DNA of 64,000 nucleotides, taken from the NCBI GenBank assembly GCA_025457615.1, contig JALOTZ010000006.1, forward strand, positions 63,866 to 127,865, written 5' to 3'. Below are positions 9,001 to 17,297 of the stretch, in pieces. The position numbers and the translations under genes are program-made. The notes under the pieces are model-generated. The model saw nothing but the letters and a program-made list of their open reading frames with translations, did no database searches and was not told where the DNA came from. This DNA is from Verrucomicrobiota bacterium. Its GTDB lineage: Bacteria; Verrucomicrobiota; Verrucomicrobiia; Limisphaerales; DSYF01. Each line of letters starts with the position of its first letter. The first letter of the stretch is position 1.

Positions 9001-12000
9001 CTGCCCGAAGGTCCACACCCGGATCTGGACGATCTACGATGCCTGCAACAACTGGATCACCGCCACGCAGACGGTCACGGAGGTGGACACGGTGCCGCCC
9101 GAACTGCTGTGTTCCGGCCTGAACTTGGTGCCGAACGCAGATTTCGAGAACACGTTCCAGTGTGCCGGCGCCTTGTCGTTCCTGCCGTTCGCCCAACCCT
9201 GGTTTCAGCCCACGATCGGCAGCCCGGATCTCTACAACCCCTGCGCCACGCTCGCCTCCGGCGCTTCCGTGCCGGTGAACATGTTCGGTTCGCAAACACC
9301 CTTCGCCGGCCAGAACTACGCGGGCGGTTATGTCTATTTCCCAGGCGGGGCGGGAACGAACTCCTACCGCGAATACCTCACCGCGCCGCTGTTCGCGCCC
9401 CTCGTGGCGGGGCAATCCTACGCCGTTTCCTTCCGCGTGAGCCGCGGGGACAACTGTGCTTACGCGGCGGCGGAGATCGGCGCGCATTTCTCCGCCGGCC
9501 CGCTCACGAATTACCCCGGCAGCTACCTTGCGGCCACGCCGCAGATCGTCAACCCCCCGGCCAACGTCATCACGTCAGCCACCAACTGGACCCTGATCTC
9601 CGGTGTGCTCACCGCGGGCGGCGGCGAGGATTACATCACGATCGGCAACTTCCTCACCGATGCCAGCACCACCGCCTCGTTCCTCGGCGGGTCGATCAAC
9701 TCAGCCTATTACTACTACGACGACGTGCGGGTCATCGCGCTCTGCACCAATGTTCCGGTCAAGACCGTGGCCTGCGGCGAGCCGTGGGAATTCGATCCCG
9801 CGCCCCTGGCCGTGGATCGTTGCGCCGGCAGCAACGTGACCGTCACGCTCGCCGGCACGATCACGAACAGCCTGTGCCCGGTCAACGTGGTCCGCACCTG
9901 GACCCTCGCCGACGCGTGCGGCAACGCGACCAACTGGAGTCAGACGATCCTCGCCCTGACCAACGGCAGCGTGTTGGCGGTGAACTGCGAGTGCCTGCTG
10001 GACAACGCGCTCGCGCTGCTCACCACGAACGCGTGCCAGGCCGCCGTGCCGGACCTTTCCGGGCTCTCGAACTCGCCGTGCATCCTCAATAACTGCGGCG
10101 CGATCCAGATCACCCAGTCACCAGCGCCGGGAACGCCTGTCGGCGCGGGCAGCCACCCCATTACCGTGCGGATTTCCAATTGCGCCGGGCTCACGAACAC
10201 GTGCGTCCTGCCCTTCTACGTGAACCCGCCGCAACCGACCCTCACCTGCCCGCCGAACCTCGTCGTTTACGGTTGCAGCAACAACTCCGCGGTCGTGAAC
10301 TACGCGGCCACCGCGACCGGCCATGTCGGCCCGATCCTCTACTCGCCGCCGTCTGGAAGCCTCTTCAGTCTGGGCACCCACACCGTCACCTGCACGGCCA
10401 CGAACCTTTGCGGCGGGGCCAACACCTGCACGTTCACGGTCACCGTCCGACCACCGCACCGGAAGTGGGGTTGTCTGACCAAGATCATCGGCATCATCAG
10501 CTATCCGCCGCCGGTGGGCCGGGTGATTTACCGGCCCGACTTCCCCGGCGGCGGTCGGGGCGTGGACCTTGCCGATTTCAGCGGCACGGAAGGGGTGCGC
10601 TTCGACCTCGGCCCGGCGGAGAAGTTCACGTTCAGCACGATGCTGGACTTCGACGCGCCCACGAACGCGAGTTTTGAACTGCACCTGCCGCCCGGCGCGG
10701 GGCTGCCCACCAGCACGCCGCTGGTCCGCTTCGAGCGCAGTTGCGAGGTGCATTGCGGCTGGGACGTCAAGCTGGGCGCACAGATTGTCAGCGATCCGAC
10801 CGCCACCTTCCGGGCCGCCGCCATCAATCTGAACGGGGAACTGCTCGATTCCGTCACTGTCCCGCACGCCAGCCTCGGAACGAACGTCTTCGCCAGCCTG
10901 TCGCCCATGGATGGCTCGACCAACGGGCTGATGACCGTGACGTTCGACCTGCGCACGCGGTCGATCGCGCTGGAGTTTCCATCCGGGGATTTCATGCCGT
11001 CGGCCCGGCACAAGGGTTGGGACGGGTGCATTTACGGCAACCGCCCACCGCGCACCACCAAGACCAACCATGCCGCGCGGGTCATCATCACGCCGCAGCC
11101 CCCCCTGCCCCCGCCCCCGATCACCGAACTCAGCCTGGCGATCAGCAACCTCGCCACGCTCGCGTTCGACAATCCGGCCATCACCATGTCCGGCCGCAAA
11201 TGGAGCGACGGTCATGTGACCTTGATGAAGGCCTACGACGACGGGTCCGAGAGCGGCATGGAATTCTCCGCGCTCGGCGCCAGCGGAGGGCTGGACGCCG
11301 AACTGGGCCACGCCGCGAGCTTCTCGCTTCGCCTGACGTCGCTCGACACCAACGGCCTGCCGCTGCTGGAACAGCAGTTCGCCATCCGTGGCTGGCCGCC
11401 GGGCACCACGACAAACCGCCCTCCGCCCCCGGTCATCAACGTGCGCCTCGCCCCCGACAACAGCGGCCTGGGCGGTGTGCAACTCGGCGCGGACCTGGTG
11501 GATTGGGGCGTGTCCGAAGTCACGCTGCAACTCTGGGACGGGCCGACGCTTGTGGCCGAGACGAACCACGTTCCGGCCATGCCCGGCGGCACGCTCGCGA
11601 TGTTGGGTGGGTTCCCGGGAATTCTCGGCTGCCCCGGCGTGGGTGTGGTGAGCTTGTCCGACACCAATCCGATCATCGTCCTGAGCGGCCTGGACTGCGG
11701 CACGCTCGGCTGTGTCGGCACCGAACTGCGCATCCTCGCCGAGACGTCCACGATGTCCACCCCGCCAACGGCCTACACCGATCTCACCGCCACCATCGGC
11801 GAGGAAATGGATTACCTGATCCACGACCTGCAAAGCGCGCCCGCCTGCGTGGTGGCACCCTTGCAAGTCGCACGGGGCGCCAACAGCGTCACGTTGAGTT
11901 GGGAAGGCGACGGCTTCCACTTGCAGGGCGCGGAAAGCGTCAGCGGACCGTGGTATGACCTGGGGGTCGAATCCCCGGCCACCATCCCGGCCGGTTCCGC

Positions 12001-12031
12001 CACCCGCGTGTTCCGGCTTCGCTGCGATTAA
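6083..12031 (+). CDS. Giant secreted adhesin-like protein (1982 aa): jelly-roll/CBM-like modules alternating with Cys-rich HYR-type modules, one canonical HYR domain, unknown C-terminal region
   Basis: Track ORF 5996..12031. ATG 6083 is preceded by GGAG and followed by the signal peptide MKTTGLVLAALLAGAASSSA. Repeated motifs: NLVPNGGFE..C, YREYLE.PL...L.AGQ.Y.VSF.V, YYYYDD(I/V).V. Cys-rich units end in RTW...D.CGN.....Q.VT..DT.PP. HYR-like unit: LTCPPNLVVYGC...GTHTVTCTATNLCGGANTCTFTVTVRPP. Confidence 0.85.
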   Translation: MKTTGLVLAALLAGAASSSATILSVTGNDTLVGNHTTNLILNGSFEADGGVVSNGAYWATGTTLTPAFSLTSWSASGQSGSYAHWGNDGLGGIKGSAPLPHGTNALYFGAGIMLLVAPFPIEATNGLVTFTSTPAILPKPGDGPVTLQQTVSGLNPAATYLLDFWTSGEDVGKPEMAVDGFFGLDITGEPTLYFAAPSGNGLVGASQRYQVYFTPTASTVTFQWSNWGHDVDPNGFADELVLDDIILNKISGPEDPLLCGCLTNITVTCPAVLPDLCALATNCFTTNMLPGSCTQNLPPGMPVSVGTYVLNLQVLDLQSNAFSCPVTFTVVPPSNAPPLTVLCSTNKTVECGSEWDFDPPVVTSFCCGLTITPNDIVVSNSPCSQSLTRTWLITDGCGNTTSCSQEVTLVDTTPPGTQCDGQNLVPNGGFERYTNCPSSISQFAFAAPWFTPTDATTDYYNSCSGAGSFVTTPTNSVGVQAPLSGQAYAGAALYTTFGTNPTNSYREYLEVPLLTSLTAGQQYLVSFYVSRAEYFGQAIADIGAKFFPMPFVNYGPLSNAYTGVLVHPIPPQVANPPSNMLTDSTNWTLIQGLYTAIGWETHLVLGNFKDDPGTTATLVGGQDNNYAYYYFDNVSVVAVCDPAMTNQVVQCGTPWEIPPFPVFDNCNGGNITVSNYTATNGYCPTVVQRDWYLADPCGNTNRFTQTVTIVDTNPPQLLCAAGANLAPNPQFENYAFCPFNFSQVSAAGPWFNPTVATPDYLNTCSSFPAAQVPNNLLGSQTPFSGNGYMGAYAYSVYGTNPVPGYREYLEAPLLVPLQAGQQYQVSFRVCLADTSGWSISDLGAHFSVGPVLNGSSEGPLNVVPQVANPPGNLLTNQTGWMLVQGVFTAAGGEDHITLGNFLDDASTLAVTNASGTNHTYYYYDDIAVVPLCEFTNKFVACESVWEFDTPLAYDSCSGEYLSTFVTSTTTSGTCPKVHTRIWTIYDACNNWITATQTVTEVDTVPPELLCSGLNLVPNADFENTFQCAGALSFLPFAQPWFQPTIGSPDLYNPCATLASGASVPVNMFGSQTPFAGQNYAGGYVYFPGGAGTNSYREYLTAPLFAPLVAGQSYAVSFRVSRGDNCAYAAAEIGAHFSAGPLTNYPGSYLAATPQIVNPPANVITSATNWTLISGVLTAGGGEDYITIGNFLTDASTTASFLGGSINSAYYYYDDVRVIALCTNVPVKTVACGEPWEFDPAPLAVDRCAGSNVTVTLAGTITNSLCPVNVVRTWTLADACGNATNWSQTILALTNGSVLAVNCECLLDNALALLTTNACQAAVPDLSGLSNSPCILNNCGAIQITQSPAPGTPVGAGSHPITVRISNCAGLTNTCVLPFYVNPPQPTLTCPPNLVVYGCSNNSAVVNYAATATGHVGPILYSPPSGSLFSLGTHTVTCTATNLCGGANTCTFTVTVRPPHRKWGCLTKIIGIISYPPPVGRVIYRPDFPGGGRGVDLADFSGTEGVRFDLGPAEKFTFSTMLDFDAPTNASFELHLPPGAGLPTSTPLVRFERSCEVHCGWDVKLGAQIVSDPTATFRAAAINLNGELLDSVTVPHASLGTNVFASLSPMDGSTNGLMTVTFDLRTRSIALEFPSGDFMPSARHKGWDGCIYGNRPPRTTKTNHAARVIITPQPPLPPPPITELSLAISNLATLAFDNPAITMSGRKWSDGHVTLMKAYDDGSESGMEFSALGASGGLDAELGHAASFSLRLTSLDTNGLPLLEQQFAIRGWPPGTTTNRPPPPVINVRLAPDNSGLGGVQLGADLVDWGVSEVTLQLWDGPTLVAETNHVPAMPGGTLAMLGGFPGILGCPGVGVVSLSDTNPIIVLSGLDCGTLGCVGTELRILAETSTMSTPPTAYTDLTATIGEEMDYLIHDLQSAPACVVAPLQVARGANSVTLSWEGDGFHLQGAESVSGPWYDLGVESPATIPAGSATRVFRLRCD
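7346..9970 (+). repeat. Three tandem ~290-aa protein-coding repeat units inside the giant gene
   Basis: Units start at 7346 (QNLVPNGGFERY), 8249 (ANLAPNPQFENY) and 9119 (LNLVPNADFENT). Each is a ~200-aa jelly-roll-like module followed by a ~75-aa Cys-rich module. Confidence 0.8.
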
Positions 12032-12297
12032 CGAGGCTGGCCGAATGGATGGCGGGATCAGCCCGCGCGCAGGAACGCCTCCACCTTGACCTGGATGGTG
12101 GATTCCGAGCCGGGGACGCTCAACACGTCGCAGTCACGGCCCAGGATGGACAGGAGCAGGCGGCCTGCGACTGGGTCGTGGGCTTCGGGAGCTTTGTGGC
12201 TGCTGCGGGTCGCGGACCCGTGCTCCAGACTGAGAATGGCTGTTTTGCCGCGCTGGAAGATTGCGTCGCCACCGTCCCTCGGGCAAAACTGGGGCCC

Positions 12298-13158
12298 ATG
12301 CCGACGACACCCCATCCATCCTCGCGTTCCCAGGTCCTGCTGGTGGAATGTGATGACCGCCGTGGGCTCGTCCATGCCATCACCGGCGTCCTGCTGCGGC
12401 ACGGCGTCAACGTGGTGGGCAACCAGGAGTTTGTGGACCGCGGCTCGGGGCGCTTTTTCATGCGCACCGAGTTCGACGGCGAGGTGGATGCCGGACGGCT
12501 CGAAACCGAGGCCCGGCAGGCGTTGCCGGAGGGTGCGCGGGTGCGGCTTAGCGACCTGAAACCCAAGCGTGTGGTGGTGCTGGCCTCCAAGGAGCACCAT
12601 TGCCTGGGCGACATCCTGGTCCGGCACGCCTACGGCGAACTCAATGCCCGGGTGCTGGCGGTGCTCGCCAATCATCCCGTCCTGGAACCGCTGGTGGCCC
12701 GGTTTGATCTCCCGTTCCATTGCCTCAGCCACGAATCCCTCTCGCGCCCCGAGCACGAGGCCGCCCTGCTCGGGATCCTCGAACCGCTCCAGCCGGACTA
12801 CCTGGTCCTGGCCAAATACATGCGGGTGTTGTCCCCGGACTTCGTCGCCCGGTTCCCGGCGCGCATCCTGAACATTCACCATTCCTTCCTGCCGGCCTTT
12901 GCCGGCGCCAAGCCGTACCAGCAGGCGTTTGATCGCGGCGTCAAGGTCATCGGCGCCTCGGCGCATTTCGTCACCGACAAGCTGGACGAAGGCCCGCTGA
13001 TCGTGCAGCAGGTCATTCCGGTGGACCACACGCACACGGCGCATGACCTGTCGCAAGCCGGGCGTGATGTCGAGCAGATGGTGCTGGCCCGCGCGTTGCG
13101 CCTGGTGTTCGAGGACCGCGTGTTCCTGTGCGGCAACCGCACGGTGATTTTCGATTGA
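12298..13158 (+). CDS. purU: Formyltetrahydrofolate deformylase
   Basis: N-terminal ACT-like domain (VLLVECDDRRGLVHAITGVLLRHGVNV) plus a formyltransferase core (ILNIHHSFLPAFAGAKPYQQA, GASAHFVTDKLDEGPLI). Start at M84 of track ORF 12049..13158. Confidence 0.9.
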   Translation: MPTTPHPSSRSQVLLVECDDRRGLVHAITGVLLRHGVNVVGNQEFVDRGSGRFFMRTEFDGEVDAGRLETEARQALPEGARVRLSDLKPKRVVVLASKEHHCLGDILVRHAYGELNARVLAVLANHPVLEPLVARFDLPFHCLSHESLSRPEHEAALLGILEPLQPDYLVLAKYMRVLSPDFVARFPARILNIHHSFLPAFAGAKPYQQAFDRGVKVIGASAHFVTDKLDEGPLIVQQVIPVDHTHTAHDLSQAGRDVEQMVLARALRLVFEDRVFLCGNRTVIFD

Positions 13159-13336
13159 ATTCCCATGCATCCCCTCGCAACGCAAATGGACGCTGCGGCG
13201 GGAGGGGAAGCCGCCCACCTCGGCCACTCAACCCGGCACCGCACACCTAGTCCGAAACGGCGCAGCGCCTGGCCCGGGACAGAAGTGAGGACAATCCACT
13301 TGCCTGATGTTCGAGCGGGGTTACGTTGGCCGCCCT

Positions 13337-15448
13337 ATGGCACGTGCATGGCGCATTGAAATCCTCCTGGCAGGACTGCTCACCGCCCTTCCGGGTTCAA
13401 CCGCGCAGGCGGACTTGAAATCCCTCGAAACCTACCAAGCCGCGGCCGCCCGGTTCGGCTCCCAACTGACGGTCCCCGAGCTGGAAACGACCCCGGAACA
13501 GATCACGTCCGCCGTGGACCACGTCATTCAGACCGCGAACGCGCGCCTGGACGAGATCGGCGCGATGAAGCCTGCCGAAACCACCTTCACCAACACCGCG
13601 CTCGCCCTGGACGACCTGGCCTTTCAAGCCGGCCGGGTCGGGAATCGGCTGGGCCTGATCAAAGAGACCAGCACCAACGCTGCCTTGCGCGAGGCCGCCA
13701 CCCAAGCCATCAAACGCTTCGAGGAATGGGCGGTGGGACTGGATTACCGGGAAGATGTCTATCGCGCCGTCCAGGCCTGCGCCGACACCCCGCCCAAACT
13801 GTCGCCGGAGGATGCCAAACTCCTCGCGGAAACCCTGCGCGATTATCGCCGGGCCGGACTCGCCCTGCCCAGGGCCGAACGTGACGAGGTGGAAAGGCTG
13901 CGAAAGGAGTTGGCCCGCCTGTGCACCGACTTCGATTCCAACATCCGCGACACCCAGCAGGAGCTCACCTTCACCCGACAGGAGTTGGTCGGCGTTCCGG
14001 ACTCGTTCTTTTCGCGGCCGGGCATCAAGACCGGTGATGACGCGTACACCATCAAGGTCAACATCACCTGGCAGCGACTGATGATCCTCGAAAACGCCCG
14101 GCGGGAGGACGTCCGCCGTCGCGTGGACGAAGCGGCGTGCCGGCTGGCCATGGACAAGAACGTCGGGTTGCTCCAGCAGATCGTGGAGCTGCGGGACAAG
14201 ATCGCGCACCGGCTGGGCTACGCGTCCTGGGCGGACTACAAGACGGAGGTCAAGATGGCCCGCCACGCCGCCGCGGCGACCCAATTCCTGAACGATCTGC
14301 GGGCCGGGTTGCAGCCCAAGTTTGAAAGTGAGCTGGAAGAACTGCGCCAACTCAAGGCGGCCGACACCGCCGACACCAACGCCGTCCTCGGCACGTGGGA
14401 CTGGCGTTACTACGAGAATCAACTCAAGAAGCAGCGCTACAACGTGGATGCCGAGGCGTTGCGCGTCTATTTCCCCTATCAAGCGGTGCTGAGGGGCATG
14501 TTCGACATTTACCAGCGCATGTTCGGGCTGCGATTCGAGGAGGTGCAGCCGCCCTCCGTCTGGTCGGACGGCGTCCGGCTCTACGCCGTGCTCGACGCGC
14601 AATCCGGCGAACCCCTGGGCCTGTTCTACCTCGACATGTTCCCGCGCGAGGGCAAGTACAATCACTTTGCCCATTTCAGCATTGTAGATGGCAAACGTCT
14701 CCCCGACGGGAAATACCAGCGTCCGGTCAGCGCGTTGATCTGCAACTTCCCGCCGCCCCAGCCGGATGAACCCTCCCTGCTCTCGCACGACGAGGTGGAA
14801 ACCCTGTTTCACGAGTTCGGCCACGCCATGCATGCGACGCTCACCCGCGCGAACCACGCCCGGTTCTCCGGCACCAGTGTCCCGCGCGATTTCGTCGAAG
14901 CCCCCTCGCAGATGCTCGAGAACTGGGTCTGGGACAAGAAGGTGCTGGATGGGTTTGCCGCCGACTACCGCGATCCCTCGAAGAAGATCCCGGCGGACGT
15001 TCTCAACCAGTTGGACGCGGCCCGGAAATCCACCCTGGCCATCTTCTACCGCCGACAGATTGCCTTTGGGTTGCTGGACCTGGCCCTGCACACCCACATT
15101 CATCCGGGCGACCAGACCAACGTGGTCGAATTATCCAACCAGATCCTCAGCGATGTCTTCCTGCCCGTGCCAACCCACACGGCCTTCGTCGCCTACTTTG
15201 GTCACCTGACCGGCTATGACGCCGGATACTACGGGTATGCGTGGGCGGACGCCATTGCGGCGGACATGGCCAAGGTGTTCGAAACTGCGCCCGATGGTTA
15301 TCTGGACGTGGCCACCGGCAGCAAGTTGCGGAAGGAGATCTACGAACCAGGCGACTCGCGGGACGTATCCGTGTCCATTGAGGCCTTCCTTGGCCGGGCC
15401 CATTCGACCCAGCCCTTCCTGGAAGAGTTGGGGATTGCCACGCCGTGA
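13337..15448 (+). CDS. M3 family metallo-oligopeptidase (thimet oligopeptidase / Dcp-like), secreted
   Basis: HEFGHAMH zinc motif. The overall block order is M3-like (by eye). Signal peptide MARAWRIEILLAGLLTALPGSTAQA follows ATG 13337. Confidence 0.85.
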   Translation: MARAWRIEILLAGLLTALPGSTAQADLKSLETYQAAAARFGSQLTVPELETTPEQITSAVDHVIQTANARLDEIGAMKPAETTFTNTALALDDLAFQAGRVGNRLGLIKETSTNAALREAATQAIKRFEEWAVGLDYREDVYRAVQACADTPPKLSPEDAKLLAETLRDYRRAGLALPRAERDEVERLRKELARLCTDFDSNIRDTQQELTFTRQELVGVPDSFFSRPGIKTGDDAYTIKVNITWQRLMILENARREDVRRRVDEAACRLAMDKNVGLLQQIVELRDKIAHRLGYASWADYKTEVKMARHAAAATQFLNDLRAGLQPKFESELEELRQLKAADTADTNAVLGTWDWRYYENQLKKQRYNVDAEALRVYFPYQAVLRGMFDIYQRMFGLRFEEVQPPSVWSDGVRLYAVLDAQSGEPLGLFYLDMFPREGKYNHFAHFSIVDGKRLPDGKYQRPVSALICNFPPPQPDEPSLLSHDEVETLFHEFGHAMHATLTRANHARFSGTSVPRDFVEAPSQMLENWVWDKKVLDGFAADYRDPSKKIPADVLNQLDAARKSTLAIFYRRQIAFGLLDLALHTHIHPGDQTNVVELSNQILSDVFLPVPTHTAFVAYFGHLTGYDAGYYGYAWADAIAADMAKVFETAPDGYLDVATGSKLRKEIYEPGDSRDVSVSIEAFLGRAHSTQPFLEELGIATP

Positions 15449-15473
15449 CGGATGCGCACAGCGACGGCGGCCG

Positions 15474-15637
15474 GGGGTGCATCTGGACACTGCCCCCCGG
15501 CACGCGGCCTTCAGGCCGCTTCCACGTCCGAAGGGCACTCGATGAAACGCTTGTTCCGCGGGCTTGCGAATGCTGAAGCGGCATCAATGCCGCGCCCCGG
15601 CCGGAATTGCGTTCGAGGACAGTGTCGAGATGCACCT
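15474..15637 (+). mobile_element. MITE-like element, copy A (164 bp)
   Basis: Terminal inverted repeats GGGGTGCATCTGGACACTGCC / GGACAGTGTCGAGATGCACCT. Flanked on both sides by GGCGGCCG (15466-15473 and 15638-15645). Near-identical copies at 38585 and 44073. Confidence 0.7.
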
Positions 15638-15777
15638 GGCGGCCGCGCGACCGAAATCCAGCTTTGACAGGGGGCGGGGCGGGAGGCAAGCTGACGACAC
15701 ATTTGGACCGCGCGTTCGCGGATTTGAACAGCCGGCACGTCGCCGGCTGATTTGTTAAGGGAGCAGACAATCGAATT

Positions 15778-17061
15778 ATGTCACAACTAGTCGGAAACTT
15801 ACTGGTCGCCCAATCCGGTGGCCCCACGGCCGCCATCAATGCCAGCGTCGCCGGCGTGGTCACCGAGGCCGGACGGCACCCGGACACCATCGAGGAGATC
15901 TACGGCGGGCTCAATGGCATCTACGGCATCCTCAACGAGGAGATCATCGACATCCAGGAAGAACAGCGGGCCACCATCGATGCGTTGCGTTTCGCCCCGG
16001 CCGCCGCCTTGGGCACCTGCCGCTACAAGATCGATTTCAAAAAGAAACCCGAGAAGGCCGCCCAGGACATGGACCGCCTGTTCGAGGTCTTCAAGGCCCA
16101 CAACATCCGCTATTTCTTCTACGCCGGCGGTAACGATTCTCAGGACACCTCCCACAAGATCCACCTGGAAGCGGAGAAGCGTGGCTGGGAAATGCGCGTC
16201 ATCGGCGTGCCCAAAACCATCGACAACGACCTGCCCCACACCGACAGTTGCCCCGGCTACGGCTCGGCCATCAAATACTGCGCCACCACCGTCCGCGAGG
16301 TCGGCATGGATGTCGCCAGCATGGCCACCGACGACGGTTCCTGCTGCATCATCGAGGTAATGGGCCGCTCCGCCGGCTGGATCGCGGCCGGAACGGTGCT
16401 CGCCAAGGGCGGCAATCCCGCCAATCCGCCACACATCGTCCTCCTGCCCGAGATCCAATACGACGTGGACGAGTTTGTCGCCAAGGTGAAGGAGACCATT
16501 GCCGCTTACGGTTACTGCGTGGTCGTGGTCGGGGAAGGCATCAAGAACAAGGCGGGCGAGGAAATCGGGGCGGACAAGACCCGTCTGGACGCCTTCGGCC
16601 ACCCCGTGCTGGCCGGCGCGGCCGAGAAGCTCAAGGACTACATCCAGGAAAAGCTCAACACCAAGACCCGCACGGTCATGCTCGGATACGCCCAGCGCGC
16701 CGCCGCCCACTGGGCCAGTCTGACGGACATCAACAACGGGTTCGCTTGTGGGGAAGCCGCCGTCCGGGCCGCCGTCGGGGGCCAGAGCGGTTACATGGTG
16801 AAGATCGTTCGCAACCCCACCCCCAATGGCACCATCGAGTGGTCCACGGGCCTTCAACCGCTCGGGGATATCGCCAACGTCGAGCACTTCGTGCCCCGCG
16901 AGTGGATCGCCGAAGACGGGTTCCTGCCCAACCAAGAGTTCGTCAACTACGCCGGCCCCCTGATCGAGGGCGAGGTCCGTCCGCGCATGGTGAATGGCCT
17001 GCCCGATTACGTGCGCCTCACCAAGAACAAGGTGGAAAAGGTGCTTCCGCCCCGAGGCTGA
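15778..17061 (+). CDS. pfp: Phosphofructokinase, PfkA family, PPi-dependent type predicted
   Basis: GGPTAAINAS, GGNDS and VPKTIDNDL motifs. Asp at the GGxDS position and Lys in PKTIDND are the published signatures of PPi- rather than ATP-dependent enzymes. RBS AAGGGAG lies 15 nt upstream. Confidence 0.8.
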   Translation: MSQLVGNLLVAQSGGPTAAINASVAGVVTEAGRHPDTIEEIYGGLNGIYGILNEEIIDIQEEQRATIDALRFAPAAALGTCRYKIDFKKKPEKAAQDMDRLFEVFKAHNIRYFFYAGGNDSQDTSHKIHLEAEKRGWEMRVIGVPKTIDNDLPHTDSCPGYGSAIKYCATTVREVGMDVASMATDDGSCCIIEVMGRSAGWIAAGTVLAKGGNPANPPHIVLLPEIQYDVDEFVAKVKETIAAYGYCVVVVGEGIKNKAGEEIGADKTRLDAFGHPVLAGAAEKLKDYIQEKLNTKTRTVMLGYAQRAAAHWASLTDINNGFACGEAAVRAAVGGQSGYMVKIVRNPTPNGTIEWSTGLQPLGDIANVEHFVPREWIAEDGFLPNQEFVNYAGPLIEGEVRPRMVNGLPDYVRLTKNKVEKVLPPRG

Positions 17062-17081
17062 TTCGACCAGCGCAAACCTCC

Positions 17082-17118
17082 AAGCCCGTCCTGCAATCAC
17101 CGTGGGACGGGCTTTTTG
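17082..17118 (+). terminator. Rho-independent terminator after pfp
   Basis: AAGCCCGTCC (17082-17091) pairs with GGACGGGCTT (17105-17114) across a 13-nt loop. Followed by a T-run reading TTTTTG. Lies 20 nt after the stop codon. Confidence 0.7.
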
Positions 17119-17297
17119 CGGACAGATTTGCAAGAGGCCACCACCGGGTGACGGGAGCAGATCGAGCGGCAAGCGCCAGAAGCGCCAGCGAGAGGGTTTA
17201 TGACGCCGCCGGGCGCATGCTGGAAACCGTGCAATACCCGTTCCGTTACAAGCAGACTGGTTTGCCGCCGCCGATTCGTGTAGAAACTGCCGCGCGC

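Noticed and set aside
12150-12297. Possible ZTP (pfl) or other folate/purine riboswitch in the purU leader. The string CTGGGTCGTGGGC looked superficially like the GGGUCGUG start of ZTP.
   Set aside because: The defining elements as I recall them (GACUGGCG..., CCGGG..., and the 3' CCGCCUGGGCA pseudoknot partner) are not present. The segment 12195-12245 is instead a partial copy of the palindromic repeat family.
13335-13351. Sigma-54-like match aTGGCACgtgcaTGGCg with correct GG-N10-GC spacing.
   Set aside because: It coincides exactly with the start codon and first codons (ATG GCA CGT GCA TGG) of the M3 peptidase signal peptide. There is no downstream target gene, so it is most likely coincidental.
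16248-17297. The 5' third of the 1201-aa track ORF 16248..19853 would imply a much larger ATP-grasp protein.
   Set aside because: It overlaps the well-supported pfp gene in another frame, and its translation is Arg/Gly/Pro-rich nonsense (MPRLRLGHQILRHHRPRGRHG...). This is a stop-free frame typical of GC-rich DNA. The recognisable protein starts at 17298.
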